Assembly (NCBI RefSeq): GCF_036321535.1
Contig: NC_087437.1
Span: 92,258,001 to 92,322,000, forward strand
Direction of reading: 5' to 3'
Length of the DNA: 64,000 bases
Source of the DNA: Camelus dromedarius
Taxonomy: Eukaryota
This document shows, one piece after another, positions 12,643 through 25,679 of the stretch; positions within the stretch are counted from its first letter, which is position 1; each line of letters starts with the position of its first letter. Under the pieces are notes generated by a model that searched no databases, had not been told where the DNA came from, and worked only from the letters and a program-made list of their open reading frames with translations. A program made the translations under genes and the position numbers.

Positions 12643-13779
12643 TCACCTAACCACAGACTCTCTTCAAGTTTTGTCAAGGATGAAAATAATGTCGTTTGAA
12701 GCAAAAAGTTCCCATTCAGTATGATCCACTGCAGTTAAATGTTGTGTCCCCTTTGTCTCCTACACTATGGAATATTTCTTCAGTCTTGCTTTGATTTTCA
12801 TGACTTTGACACTTTTGAAGGCTATAGGTCGCTTATTTTGTGCAGTGCCCTTCTATTTGGATTTGTCTAGTATTTCCTTATGAGATTTAGGTTATGCATG
12901 TTTGGCAGAAGTATCACCAAGAGTGATGGTACATTCTTTTGTCACTGCTTTCATTCAGTGACACATAATGTCAATTTGTCTCATTATTGATGATGAGACG
13001 TCAAGTGGTCTTGGACCATTTATGGTTAGTCGCCAGGCTTCTTCACTATAAAGTTACACTTCTACTCCTTTGTAATTAATGCGTCTTTTATGGAGTGATG
13101 CTCTGAGTACAAATACATCATTCCTTACCAAACTCTCTATTTCTTTATTTATATCTGTATGGACTCGTGGTTTCCTGGTTTATTCAGTGCAAAATGATCT
13201 GTTATTACTATTATTTCTGAGGCTTAAGTTATTCCAAATTGACCAAAGGGAACCCAATAAAACTGGCTTTTGTGTTATTTGAGCATGTCTCCTTCATTTT
13301 GTAAACACTTTCATATTTGGGCCCGTGATGAGATGTTACGGGTTCATTTTCTTATCTTGTCATTTCCTGGCTCAACCTTAAAATCAGCCATTTCTATAAG
13401 AAGAGCTAGTTTCTTTTCCAATGACATAATTTTGCTCATTGCTACTGAGGTGTGATTATTCCCAAACTCCCTAAATAAACAGATCTATGAGATTTTATGT
13501 GTACACGGCTATTCATATATTCACCCATACGTACACATATATACATATATCTGTATATTCCAAAAATATATAGAAATATATATCTGACAAATATATATAT
13601 ATATATCTAACAAACATACACAAAAATATAACACCAAAATTTATTTCTATTTTCTGCCTTTAAGTTCTTTCTTCAACAGTAAGAAATCTGATTTACATTA
13701 TTCTTATTATATTTAATTACTTGATCAATTCCCCTGTATGTAACAAACGTCCCATTTTCATTGTCACCTCTTCCCTCAT

Positions 13780-14345
13780 GTAGTCACCCTTCTTCTCCTG
13801 TTTGATCTCTGACCCCCTGTGCCAGACCATGCACCATTTAGATACCCTCCTCACCTTGCTCATCTCTGACATTCTCACAAAGTACTCTCTACAGGAATGT
13901 CCTCCTCACCCTTCTCAGTCTCTGACACTCCATATCGGCCTCACCAATGGATGAATGACTTTCTCATCCCATCTGAGTTCTGAATCACCATTCTAGCCTG
14001 ATCATACCCCCAAACACACTCACCCTATCATAACCCAAGACAGACAATTCTAGAATGGGCATCTTCTTTTGATCAGGTTACAACACCTTACACTGTGTCA
14101 CTGATCCCATAGAGAAGTTCCTGTGCACCTTTCTTGAACACCAACATCCCCAGTCTATCTCCTGACACACAAAACCCCCACGTGGTGGCTTGGTGTGACA
14201 CCTCAAACCAGGCCATCAACTTCACTCTACTTTTTCCACACTGGCTGCCCATTCCTCAGTGTGGACATCCAACCGACCCTTTTTGAAATCTTGTTATATG
14301 CTCTAGGTCACTCTTGTTTCTGACTCCCAGGTCTCTGAACCATGG
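13780..14345. repeat. Degenerate ~57-bp tandem array within the old L1
   Basis: The CTCTGAC anchor recurs at 13807, 13864 and 13920, with TTCTGAA at 13978. Each is preceded by a CCTCCTCACC-like block. Later units are more decayed. Confidence 0.65.
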
Positions 14346-16524
14346 ACATCTATCTTTCTTTGCTTCTACTTATGCTTTTAGGACTGGATTTTTTAGGAAG
14401 GGAAGGAAAGAAAATATAAACAAAAGGAAAGCAGGAGGAAGAGAGAGAAATATCAAGATACTTTTAGATTGTATTTTGTGAAAACAAAGAGATCTGGAAC
14501 TCAGTGATTTCACTCAGGAAAGAGAGTCCCCAGAATACATGAATTTGTAGAAATAGTTCAAAAGTGATCATTATTCTAAAGTAATTAATTGTTAAATTTA
14601 AAATATTATTGGTGAAAGAATGCAAGTTAAAGTAAAATCATATACCAATTTGGGATTGAAGGAGAACCTATTAAGGGCAGTATCATTAATGTTCACTCTG
14701 TGATAAATCAGCTCCAAGAGCTATGCTGGTGGTGACAATAGGCATTGTAAGTTGTCACTACTTATAATTTCAAATATTTTTTCCAAAAGCCTCCAGAAGA
14801 CATACATACTTTTACCCAGATAATACATATCAGGAAATTCAGGAAATTGATTTTGAGGAAATAATTCAACAGCTGAACAATTTCTACATTGCATTGATCA
14901 CAATTATAAAAAAGTCATTTATAGAAAACTGTCCAAGAATATGGGGTCACTAAAATAATTATGTTAATATAAAAATATAATGCCAGAAACTTCTTAAAAT
15001 TATCACGTAAATCCACATTAAATGGTAGAGATAGTTTGTAGTTTTGTTTGTTAAGTAGACACATACAGGTAATAAAAGAATATGCATATGTTAAATGGAC
15101 ATTCTTTTCACGATTATATACCTAAACAAATTCTATGAGATTATTCACAAATCTGTGTATGTGTTTGCCTCCAAGTTGTTGTTTCTGTCTATGTTGCTTC
15201 CTATTCTAAACATGTTAACTTACCAAATCTCTTTCCTCTTGCTACTTAACTTGTGTTTTAAATTGATTCAGTTAATCACAAGATACAAGATCTAAACTGG
15301 GTCTGAGAGACTTTCTGTTCTATGATCTCTGAAATACAACATCCTTTCATGTTCTTGTAGGTTACTACTGCACCACGCTAATTTCCCACATGCCACACAA
15401 GTATTCCACTATCATCTCAGTAAACAACATTTAATTGTTTAATTCTATATTCAATAATTCTGAGCATAATTTTCAGGGCACTATATCACAACCCATTGAT
15501 AAAAATAAATCAACAAGCTTAGAGAAGGGGTGGGCTGGGGAAAATGATGGGGAAGAAGGTTCACAAATTAAGAGTAAATTCTGGAAATAAAGTTTTAAAT
15601 TTATTTTTATTAATTTTTTGTTTTAGACAACACAAGTATGGTTGAAAACTGGAAATTAATTGGTTAAATAATGTGGATTTTATACTGCATTTTAAACTTC
15701 CTGTGACATTTGAATTTTTGTTCTCATCATCTTTTATGATGTGTGCCAGTGTAGTAAAAAAGAACAACATAATTACAGAGATTTTGGGGGGTGGGCATAG
15801 TTGCTTAATTTTGATGGGGGAAGGGTTACTATTGTGTTGGCAATAATGACAACTCAGGGAAGAAAATACGAAAGTTTTCTCCTATGTTATCTAAGCCTTG
15901 CTCATGATGCTGCAGGAAGACCTGCTAAGAGTAGTTCCCATGAAGCCCCTTCTAAAATAAAGCATCTGCAAGAACTACACTGGATCTGAGGAGATGATTA
16001 CCATGGGTGGGCTCAGAAAACTCCAAGTAATAGTCTACAGAAAAAAAAAAAAAGAGAGAGAGAGGTGGGGCTATGTGATATGATAATGCAGGAGAGAGAG
16101 TAAAATCAAAAGCTGAGAATAATGGTCAAGTCATGAATCATGTATAAGGCTAAACTTGGAGGCTATGAAAATCCAAGAATCTCTTTAAGTAGGTGGCATT
16201 AGATTCACCACTTTTCTTTGTTCTTTATATTAGTAATTAATATTCTTCTTTAGTTGAATTTTGCCTTACAATCAATACTTTTATTATAAATATATTTTGA
16301 TGAAAATTGATTTTTGATTCTATAACTCTAGTGTCATCTAGAAATCCATACAAGCATACAGTTTTTTTAAACGATAAAGTAGTTATGTAGGGTTGCAAAT
16401 GCTTTAGACTAGATTTTTGTGAATGCACATCAACTTATGCATGATTCAGACATCTTGCTGTACATCTAAATCTTCTGTTCAGGAGGTTGCTCTGTTTCGG
16501 CATGTTTAGTAGATCTCTTGATAG

Positions 16525-17630
16525 GGTTGTGCCATTTAGTCAAGATTTCTAACTTTCATGAGGTGGAGGGTTGACTTTGGGGGAAGTAGAAAGTCTGCGA
16601 AAGAAGGCTATCCTGATTTCTCACATCCCTAAAGATACTGAAGATGGTCCTAAAGATGTGTAGGCAAACTCAAGGAAGTATAACTATAAGAAAAACTTCT
16701 GAAATTTGTGGTTGTCTTTCAAAAGCTAGGATCAACATCTCACTCCAGTTCAATGTATGTTTATTCACAGCATGGGTCACTACCTCTTAGGGTAGGAAAA
16801 AAACACTGTAGACAAGTCTGTGTGTGGTGATGAGGCAAAGAAAAGATAAATACCAGTTCTGATTCTCTTGTCTTGAAGAGGTAAGGAACATGGACTGTAC
16901 CTTTGGTTGGCATCCTCGGAGTTAGAAACTTGGAATATGATTGAGGTCAGGGACTATGGAATCACTAGGAATGGAGCTTGTCTGGGTAATGTGGTGTGAT
17001 GGCAACATGTGGAAAACAGTCAGATGATGTAATCACATCTCTAAAGGAACCATCAAGGCCTGGAAAGATGTTCACCAGCAAGGGCTGCTAGGACCTCCCT
17101 ACACGACATCCATAACCTGGGCCATAAATTATGTCACCACTGGGACCAGTGTAAAGGGTCAGCTACCCTACCTTCGCAGTTTTGTAATTCACAAAATAAG
17201 CAGCACTTATTACTGGCATGGAAGATAATCTACTCACCAAGTATGGTGGTATAAGGATTCTTATTTTGCTTTTCTCCCTCTTTTCACTAGCAGACAAGGA
17301 GAAAACCCTGGCAAGATGGAAGGAATTGAAAGAGAATAAACAACCCCGTACCTTCAGTCAGGAGCTATGAGTCTCACCTATGCTGGAGTAAGAGGGGTTA
17401 TTTAAAAGATCAATATTAGGTTGAAATCTAATGGCTGCACTAAATTCCAGGCCCAAATTACCTTAAAAAATGGAATCAAACTGAAATCTTATCAAAGGAA
17501 CTCATTTCCTACCAGCAAAGGGGATTTGACATTGCACAGCTATTAGCAGTTATGAGAAAAAGTAAAAGCATGCCTATGTGTATGCCTCTAACTGGTTGAC
17601 ATACCCTCTGTGAAATCAATCAGAAGAACT
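16525..17630 (+). mobile_element. Possible ancient LTR-like element (Gypsy-like LTR class?), family unassigned
   Basis: A ~1.1-kb purine-rich, GC-elevated block with no ORF and an AGTAAA poly(A)-like signal near its end. Weak resemblance only. Confidence 0.25.
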
Positions 17631-17884
17631 TACTGAGAGGTGATTCATTAGTACTAACTGCCTCCAGTCACCCCAACTGCAACCCTCTGTATTTATCAAT
17701 TTTACAACTGGTATAGGTAACATAATCATGTATTGGGGAATGACCCTAAGGTATACAGTGGCACTCTTTTGATAAAAATGAACTGACTTAAAAGAAAGTA
17801 AGTTATCACAAAGAAAATGCAGTTTAAAAACCTGCTTATTGAGCAGAAACACAATTGCTCAGTAAGAGGACTTGAGGGTTACCA

Positions 17885-17903
17885 TTTAGCCCTCTTGTGG
17901 CAG
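17885..17903 (-). promoter_or_regulatory. Candidate CTCF-binding motif
   Basis: The minus strand reads CTGCCACAAGAGGGCTAAA, matching the CCACNAGRGGGC core. The last two consensus positions deviate. Confidence 0.4.
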
Positions 17904-19430
17904 GTAAATCCTTCAGCTCTTGAAAGACCGACGTTCAATTCCATACACTTCTCTCACATCAGCCACTATGGACGCAATGGTAACAACTCCTAGCTTAAAG
18001 GCCCAAGGATGGAGGCAACATTTTTGAATGGTTTCTTCTTTCAAAGAGTAGGCTGTAAAGGAAGTAGGGAGGAGGAGGAAGGAGCCTTATAGAGTAGAGA
18101 CAAGCAGCACATGCTGTTCTATTAGTAGATTGGGATGCAGGAAATCCATCACACAGAAACCTGAAAAATCCTCACCAGGGCAAGTCTGTCCAGCAGGCTT
18201 ACTTATTCCAGAAGAGACATGATCAAGAACTCATTAAGAGTGCAAAAATAAAATAAGTACACCGAATGTGAAATGCAAACAGCATGAGGGAAATAACTTA
18301 AAAAATTTTAAGTATTTTTAAACATTATACAAAATACCCAATAAAAACCCATTCAATGTACAGGTTTATATATATATATATATTTTTATTTAAGAAAGAA
18401 AAAAAAGAAATTTAACTATAGTCCAAACCCTGCTATCAGAGAGCTGTAGTTGTGAAAATCAAGCCAAAGAGCATCTCAATATAACAATGGCTTAATACAT
18501 TTATTTTAGAATTTGGAAATACTTTAGTATTAAGGAACTACATCCTGCCATTTTTAATGTATTTCTATATTTTAGATTTGCCTGAAGTGCAATTAAATGC
18601 ATAAAAAATGCAATGTGTCATCAACAATGGTGTTTATATTTTAGTTGCAAAATCAAATTAGCAAACTCATCATCTGCTAATTAAGAATGTATAAATCTTT
18701 AATTCTCCTAAAATTGGAAAGATTGTCAATCTCTCCATTGGTGTTAATAATAATAATAAAGCAATAATAATGAAAATACTTGGATAGATATCTATATGAA
18801 ATAACTTACAGTTTCTAACAAAAGGACAAGATAAAGCCCTGTACAGCATAAAAATTTTGAATAACAAGATGAAGAGTGGGAAATGATAGAAAAGATCATT
18901 GGGGAGGAAAATTTTAAGGTTGAATTGCTTTTCAGAGTCCATTCAGATTCCTAAAGAAATTGTTTTCAAGGTAACCTTTGGGAAGTACTGCCCTAGTAAT
19001 TTCTTCAGTGTCCTCTGTGACTACACTCTCCATGTAACTGGAGAAAATTTCACCTACTCCAGATGATTTGGATCAATTAGATGTTATAAGTTATTTCCTT
19101 ATTTTCCCCAAATGCCTTAGTCCTTCTAACACCCCATCCTGCGGTACCTCTTCTCTCACCAGTTCTAGCTGATGAATTTCTTTTTCTTTCTTTCTTTTTT
19201 TAAGTCCAGAGATCCCCAGGTTTGAACGGGGCAATGTATTCCCAATGCTCTTAGCAGAATTTAGCAAAGAGGAACTATTACCTTCCTACTCCCTGATATG
19301 ATTGCTCTCCCTGTGAAGTCTCAAATTGTATTAGATTTTGTTGCTGTATAACATTAGATTGTAGTGCCTCTCGTGTTCACACATACCTTACTTCAAATGT
19401 AGGATTTTCAGGGACACTAGCTTTCAGTTA

Positions 19431-19438
<8 letters not shown>

Positions 19439-19473
<35 letters not shown>

Positions 19474-19482
19474 CTGTGTGTG
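19439..19482. repeat. (TG)n microsatellite
   Basis: (TG)16 followed by TATC(TG)4. Confidence 0.97.
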
Positions 19483-19987
19483 CTCCTTCATACTGGTAAA
19501 GCTTAAAGTGACTCGTGTGTTCTTTCTAAAACAAAACTGGCAATTAATACTGTTCATATCTCATTCTGTGATGACAGATTCATATTAAGTGCATGAATTA
19601 TTTACCTTACTTTTCTTTCATACACTCAAGTTCAATTTTTTTTTTGCTTAAACATGTAAATTTGCTAAAATATACACTGGTAAAAGTATTATACTCAATC
19701 CTGCTATTTCTTCAAATCAGCCCCAGATATTTCTGTCTCTCTTTAGTAATTAAAGTTCTTAAAGTATTAATGTTGGCTAGCTTATATTATACATAAATTT
19801 ATCCAACCCAAGATGTATGTCCTATTATCACACAGATATTAGGTTAATACTGAAAATAGAAAGATAATCAAGACAAAATTTCTACCCTCAAAGAAATTAC
19901 AATTAAGTAAGAAAGACTCACGGATACTATAGGGTAACTCTGAGGTATTAGTTTTCTTTTTTCTCCAGCTCTTGCAAGAAATCTCCA

Positions 19988-20529
19988 TCAATAATTTTAT
20001 ACAATGCATATTAAATTACCACAATCAGTGGTTTAAAAAATAGTATTTTGTTATCTCACAATTTCTGTAGGTCAGATGTCCAGATGCAATGTAACTAGGG
20101 TTTCTGGTCAGAATTTCACAAAACTAAAATCTGTAGTACACAACCCATGTTCTCACCTGGAGTTCAGGGTCCCCTTCTAAGCTCAATGTCTGATTTTAGA
20201 ATTTATTTCCTTGAAGCTTTAGAATGAATGTCCCTGTTTTATTGATAGTTGTCAGCTGAGGGTCACTTTCAGATCCCAAAGACTGCCCACAGTTACCTGC
20301 CACACAGCCCTCTTCACAACACGGCGATTTGCTCCTGTAAGGTCAGCAGAAGAGCATTTGATGCAGCTTTAAAACTCCTTGATTCCCCACATCTCTGACT
20401 TACAGATCTTCTTTTAGACAGTCTCACCTGATGAGTCAGGCCCACTGACCCTCAAATGGAATTAATTATGCAAGTGTCCACACCAAGGAGAAGGAATCAT
20501 GAGGCCATGTTAGAATTCTGACTGTAACA
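19988..20529 (-). mobile_element. MaLR solo LTR (MLT1E-like)
   Basis: AAATTACCACAATCAGTGGTTTAAAA...TATCTCACAATTTCTGTAGGTCAGA...TGTCAGCTGAGGGTCACTTTCAG...CTCACCTGATGAGTCAGGCCCAC...GGCCATGTTAGAATTCTGACTGTAACA. Confidence 0.85.
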
Positions 20530-21709
20530 CCTCCATTTTAGTAAGGTTGTTAAAGGTTTTTTTTTTTCCACCTCCCACAAGGAGGTTAACAAATGTTTGA
20601 GGAACAAAGGAAAAATTGGAAGGCATTTAAAATTTAATCCCTACCCAGATTCATAAAGCAGATGGAATTCAGAGTTCCTAGAAGACAAAAATGCTGAAGT
20701 TTAGAAATGATGAAAGTACGTCAATTTGAAGAAAAAATAATTTGAGTGATTTTCTTGAGGTAGGAGAGAGAAGGTAGCTATGTGGTTTCAGTAATTGCTG
20801 GGAAGTGGCCCATATAAACTATCAGGCAATTGAGGGTGAATCAATTGCTAAGGGAGACTGAATTTTCAGCATCAAGCTTCTGGCTTCAGCTAAGACACTC
20901 CTGTCCAAACTGGACAGAGACAAGCAGAATTTCTCTCAGTAAGAATGAGAGAGGGCTTGCCCTTGAATGTGTTTAATCTCATGGGAATCTTTCCTAGCTC
21001 TAAAGAGAAAGAAGTTCTTTAACAAAGCAGGTCTTTAACAAGCCTACAGTTGTTGTTCCCTGTGGACAGGAAGCTGAAGCCCTAGATCAGATGATCTGGC
21101 TTAAAGACCAAATTTAAAGAAAGAAATGAAAGGCTTCTTACTGCTGCATATCATAGAGTCATGTTCATCCCCATTATGTATGTGAACCAAAACATTATAA
21201 CTCATTATAACACAGGTATTCGTGGAAAACTTGGGAATATAGAAAGCCCTGAGAGAAGATAGAACATATCCTCCCAAAGGAAATAATAAGTCTTTGTTTT
21301 AAAACCAAGGAAGAGTAAGGGTTAGACAGAAGGAATCATGGTGGAGATGGAGGTAATGAGATGGGGAAAAGGGGTCTTAATATCCAGTTCCTTTATACTG
21401 ACAGGCATAGACATAATGCTTTAGAAAGGTGGGGTAAGAGGATTATAAGGCCACGTCATCCTATGACTGTCATCCTATGATTAAGAAATTTTCAGGAAGG
21501 AATTTTTCTGGGGATAACAACTTCTATAAACAGATGTCCCATTTAACCACTTTCTTTTCTTTTCTTTTCTTTTTCATATGTGTTTTGAAAGTTTTAAGTG
21601 TTGAAGACCTTTAAGTATTTCTTATGAATATGTACCAGTGGGAGATACTGTCTTATCAATAAACACATTAATTGGGCTTAGTTGACAGTGGAGAGAAAAA
21701 GTTATATAA

Positions 21710-21968
21710 TAGGGGTCACAAACTCAAAAGTCCACAGGGGCCACGCTGTTAATGAAAATTAGAGAAACAGCCTAAATTCAAGTATAATGCAAAAGAGGCT
21801 AGAGGAAACTCTGTGAGCTGGGACCACATAACCTTCCTAGAGGGGCAGCTTCTAGGCAGCCCTTACCAATCACTGTCATGTGAAAAGGCAGAGTTAACAG
21901 TCTCAAAGTTTCTAACTGCTTCTAAGAAAAGCTGAAAGTCTAGATTTAAGTATTGGTATCGGCTATTG

Positions 21969-22016
<48 letters not shown>

Positions 22017-22085
22017 ATTAGTGCAGACACCAGGCAAAACATCTAAGGGCTTACAAAGTTTGGAGCCAACAGTTTATGACCTCTT
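21710..22085. mobile_element. hAT-Charlie non-autonomous DNA transposon (MER103C-like)
   Basis: Terminal inverted repeats AGGGGTCACAAACT (21711-21724) / AGTTTATGACCTCT (22071-22084). The interior matches the recalled consensus (CAGGGGCCA...AGGGGCAGC). Confidence 0.75.
21972..22014. repeat. (TG)21 microsatellite inside the DNA transposon
   Basis: Perfect TG run. Confidence 0.97.
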
Positions 22086-24489
22086 CTATAAAGCAATAAA
22101 ATATGATAGAATTCTCATGAATTGAGGAGACTGACAGAAGAGTTTGGGGTCATCTAGGCAAAGGGCAAGTAGTCTGAGAGACAGAGATTGATAAGGAGAA
22201 AAGAGAGCATCAGAAGTAAACTTCACAGACTTTAAAACTGCCCAGTGCTGCACCTGCTAAGAAAAAAATGAAAAGATTATTACAGCCTTTATCGTGACCC
22301 AAGTTTTCTATACCAAATTGTCAATGGAACACATTGCAACTCTGTCAGATAAGTGACAGTAAAATCTATTTAATCTCAGATCAAATCTAAACATGGTGTC
22401 TGTTGAAGTGTTTCAGAGGCACTATTTGTGTCCATGAGAAGAACAGGATTGGGATATTGGGTCCACCAAAAATGGCTAAATGCCTAACATTTACTGTGTG
22501 TGCATGTGTGCATATGTGCCCATGGGTACATGGGAATATCTTCAATATTCAGTTCTCTTAGGAAAAATTTAAATCACTGCCTATGCATACAAAAATAAAA
22601 TAAGTATATTACAGTCTTATCTCTTACTCTGTTATGATTGCATATACTATGAAGAAAAAGCAAATACTATGCTTTTAAGTAGTCCATTTGGGCAGGCAAA
22701 GTAAAAGCGAAATTTGTTTACTCTCTATTCCCAAAATCATAGGGGCATTTGTTGTCTGCACAAAAACCTTTTTTTAAACTTAAGGCATTATTTGTTTCAT
22801 AGGGTTGCAAATCAGAGGCGGCATCAACGTTAATTCAGGTTTATTGAAAATACAAAAAAGTGTAGGACTAAATAAGTAAGATCGAGATGGAAAATGGTGG
22901 TGTTGGGATTGGGAAATCACGTAGTTTTCTTTCATAGAAAGTGATTATATATTTTTTCAGTATAAGTAGACTTTTTGGAAAGTCAGAGAAAGATGACTTC
23001 CAGACTGGATCCTTAAGATGATAACGTCTGGAGAGTTCCATTTATGTCAAAGTTTAGTCTCCGTTTCAGCTTAATCAAACATCTTGCCTTCTACAGCACA
23101 TTTATTGCCTCTGCTATCTCAGATGATGTTGTAATCCGGCCTAGTTTATTGCTTTCTTCTCTCACATTGAATCAGTTATGCATCTCATTGGTGGGTAAGA
23201 AAGCTATCTATTTTTAACATACGTTTTAGGTGATATTAATTTGATAAATGCTATCTCAAGGAGAAGGAATAGTATAAGGTTGTTGAACTAATTTCACTAG
23301 CATGTCTTGTGATCAGGCAGGGCATATATTTTAAAATGGTGGCAGAAGTGATACATTAACATTAAACACTTTTTAAAGAAACAAAATATTTCTAATAAAG
23401 TAAAATCCTTTGATTAGGTTTCTAAGATTGGTATTTTTCAAAACAGTATTCCAACAACTGAGAAGGGACAGAGGGAGACAGAGGAAGGTTCCATGCAACT
23501 TAGAGAGGGACTCAAAGAGGGGCTTGGGTTATAGAGGAACTCAGCACTCATCTATCTGTTCTAAGGTTTTCTTGTGACCGCCATGTTAGTTGTGGGATTC
23601 CCCGGTGTAGAAATACAGAGGCTCAGGGCCCCAGCCCTACAGTCATATTCACGATATTACAGATGACAGCAAAGTTAGGCAACTTGGCTAAACTTCTGGC
23701 TTTGAGACTCTACCTGCTTCCTCTGGACATCCTAGGTAGTTCGCTTTATAGGAATTGCAGCCCCAAGCAAGGATTGCTCTCAGCAACTTTGCATCCATTT
23801 CATGTGGACAGATGATCCAGGTTCTAGTCCCCAGTGTCACGTGGTGAAACTGATTTTGGTCACTATAATCTCAAGAGGAACATTTTAATTCCCAATTATG
23901 TCACAGAAAAAGACCTGGCCATCCTTCTCTGCCTCAGGCCTTGCTGTCCAGCCCTACCCTAATTCTATCCTAACTCCAATCCTAACTCCATCCTAATTCA
24001 CCCATGCTATTATTATGATCTACACACTTGTTAAGTTTCTGTTTTATTTCTGATCCACTAGGATGTTTAATTTATTTTGGAGTGTGGTTGTGTCATATTT
24101 TTTCCTTTTTAAAAATAATTCATCTATTATTAATGCAGGCTGAAAGAGGAAATTTTAAAGCATATTTCAACAGCATCTGGACTAAAAGGTTAACATGCTT
24201 TTCTGATAAGTGCAAAAAAGTTCATTTCCTTTCTTTTTTATCTTGGAAGAATGCCTTTAAGTTTGGAAGGACTATATGAAGTATATGTGCTTTTATTTTG
24301 TTAAGTGTCAATAAGATAGTTTCAGGGCAAAATGATTTGTTAAAACTGGGCCCAACCTATAAATAAAAGAAGCTGAACATAGCGTGTACATATGATGCTA
24401 AAAATTTTAATTTCTCTATAAAATGTGCTTCCACAGTATTAATATTATTAAGAATCAATGGTTAGCCATTTAAAAATTTAAGCATGCCC

Positions 24490-24998
24490 TGTGGCAAACA
24501 CTGCAGGTTGCATCCTGCTTTTCCTTAACAAAAGAATCTTCGCATAGTTTTGGGTACCAGTGTGCTCAGGTATAAAACTATACCTACAGGCATCCTTGCA
24601 GGTAGAGGTGGCCACGTGACATGATTCTAAACATCAAGATCTAAGCATAAATCTCTGGAGTAAAGCTTCTGGGAAGGCTATTTTTTTTCCTTCTGATAAA
24701 AGAAAAGAGTCATCAACCATCTTTACCATTTGCCCTTTTCCCTTTGTGTCTGATACAGAATCTCACACCTTGAGTGTAGCTACCATCTTATAACCATGGG
24801 GATAAAAGACACAGGCTAAGAATAGTGAAGAAGGAAGATAAAAGGAGGCTGGGACTTTGGGCAGCTATTCCAGCCCTGTAATACCTACCTTCCAACTACT
24901 CGTAACATGAGAAAGACAAGCTTAATTACCCATTTGTACCACTGTTTGCCTTTTTTGTCAGGTTTTTACTACAGGCAGCTGAACTCTATCCTAATTCA
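24490..24998 (+). mobile_element. MaLR solo LTR (MLT1J-like)
   Basis: TGTGGCAAACACTG...CCTTGCAGGTAGAGGTGGCCACGTGACA...GCTTCTGGGAAGGCT...CCATCTTATAACCATG...GCTAAGAATAGTGAAGAAGGAAGATAAAAGGAGGCTGGG...GCAGCTGAACTCTATCCTAATTCA. Confidence 0.85.
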
Positions 24999-25285
24999 CC
25001 CATGCTTTTATTATGATCTAGTACACACAGGACCAAGCTTTCATTCAGTACTCTTTCTTTACATATAGCTTATGTATATCATTAATATTTCTGTGATAAG
25101 AGTGTCAATTTTATGCATAATTGCAATCATTATTAAAATGGCTAGATGCATTAAATTTCTATAAATATTCTTATTCAGAATAGAGGTACAATAGGGCAAA
25201 AAATTATTTTTTTAAGTGTGCGCTTTATTTAATAGCACATATTTAAATGTGTGTTCTCTGAATGCATGGCATTAGAGAATGAGGT

Positions 25286-25679
25286 TGTATTAGAAACAGA
25301 GCTGCACCCCCAGATCTCTTTTCAAAGAAGGACTTGCTGCACAGTTGAGGAGAGCAGTAAGCACGTTGTCTCCAGCTGTGAGATCCTTCCAGGACTGCCG
25401 CAGCTGCAGAGATCTCATCGCCCAGGGAAGCCCACATCTTGTGACTAAGAGGAGTGATATAAGGGTCAGGACATCTTCGTTTGATGCAGGACAGTCTGAT
25501 GGGTTTTGAGCCAAATGGATCCAGGATTTGGTGGGGGTGGGGTACTTAACTGAAGCTTACCTGCTTCCTCAGCCCAATAATGTTTTTTAACTCTTCCTTC
25601 CATGGATGTCAATCCCTAGTAACTATCTTACACCTTAAACTCCATCTTAGTGTCTGCTGCCAGAGAATCCAACTTGCAT
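25286..25679 (+). mobile_element. 5' LTR of ERV-L provirus (LTR16 family)
   Basis: Starts TGT...GCTGCACCCCCAGATCTC, has a TATA-like GATATAAGGG, and ends ACTCCATCTTAGTGTCTGCTGCCAGAGAATCCAACTTGCA. Similar to the LTR pieces at 61456-61994. Confidence 0.8.

Larger units (their letters stand above)
11845..14395 (-). mobile_element. Old L1 3' region (L1MC4/L1MC5-like), interrupted by an MLT1 LTR
   Basis: CCCCTAAAATAC...AACAAGGACATTTTCCTACATAAC...ATCAAAATCATGAAATT, and after the LTR TTCATGACTTTGACACTTTTGAAGG...TTTAGGTTATGCATGTTTGGCAG, match recalled antisense L1MC4/5 3' sequence. Confidence 0.75.

Noticed and set aside
13780..14345. CRISPR-like repeat-spacer array
   Set aside because: The units are degenerate along their whole length with no identical repeats or unique spacers. 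The context is a mammalian L1 and there are no cas genes.
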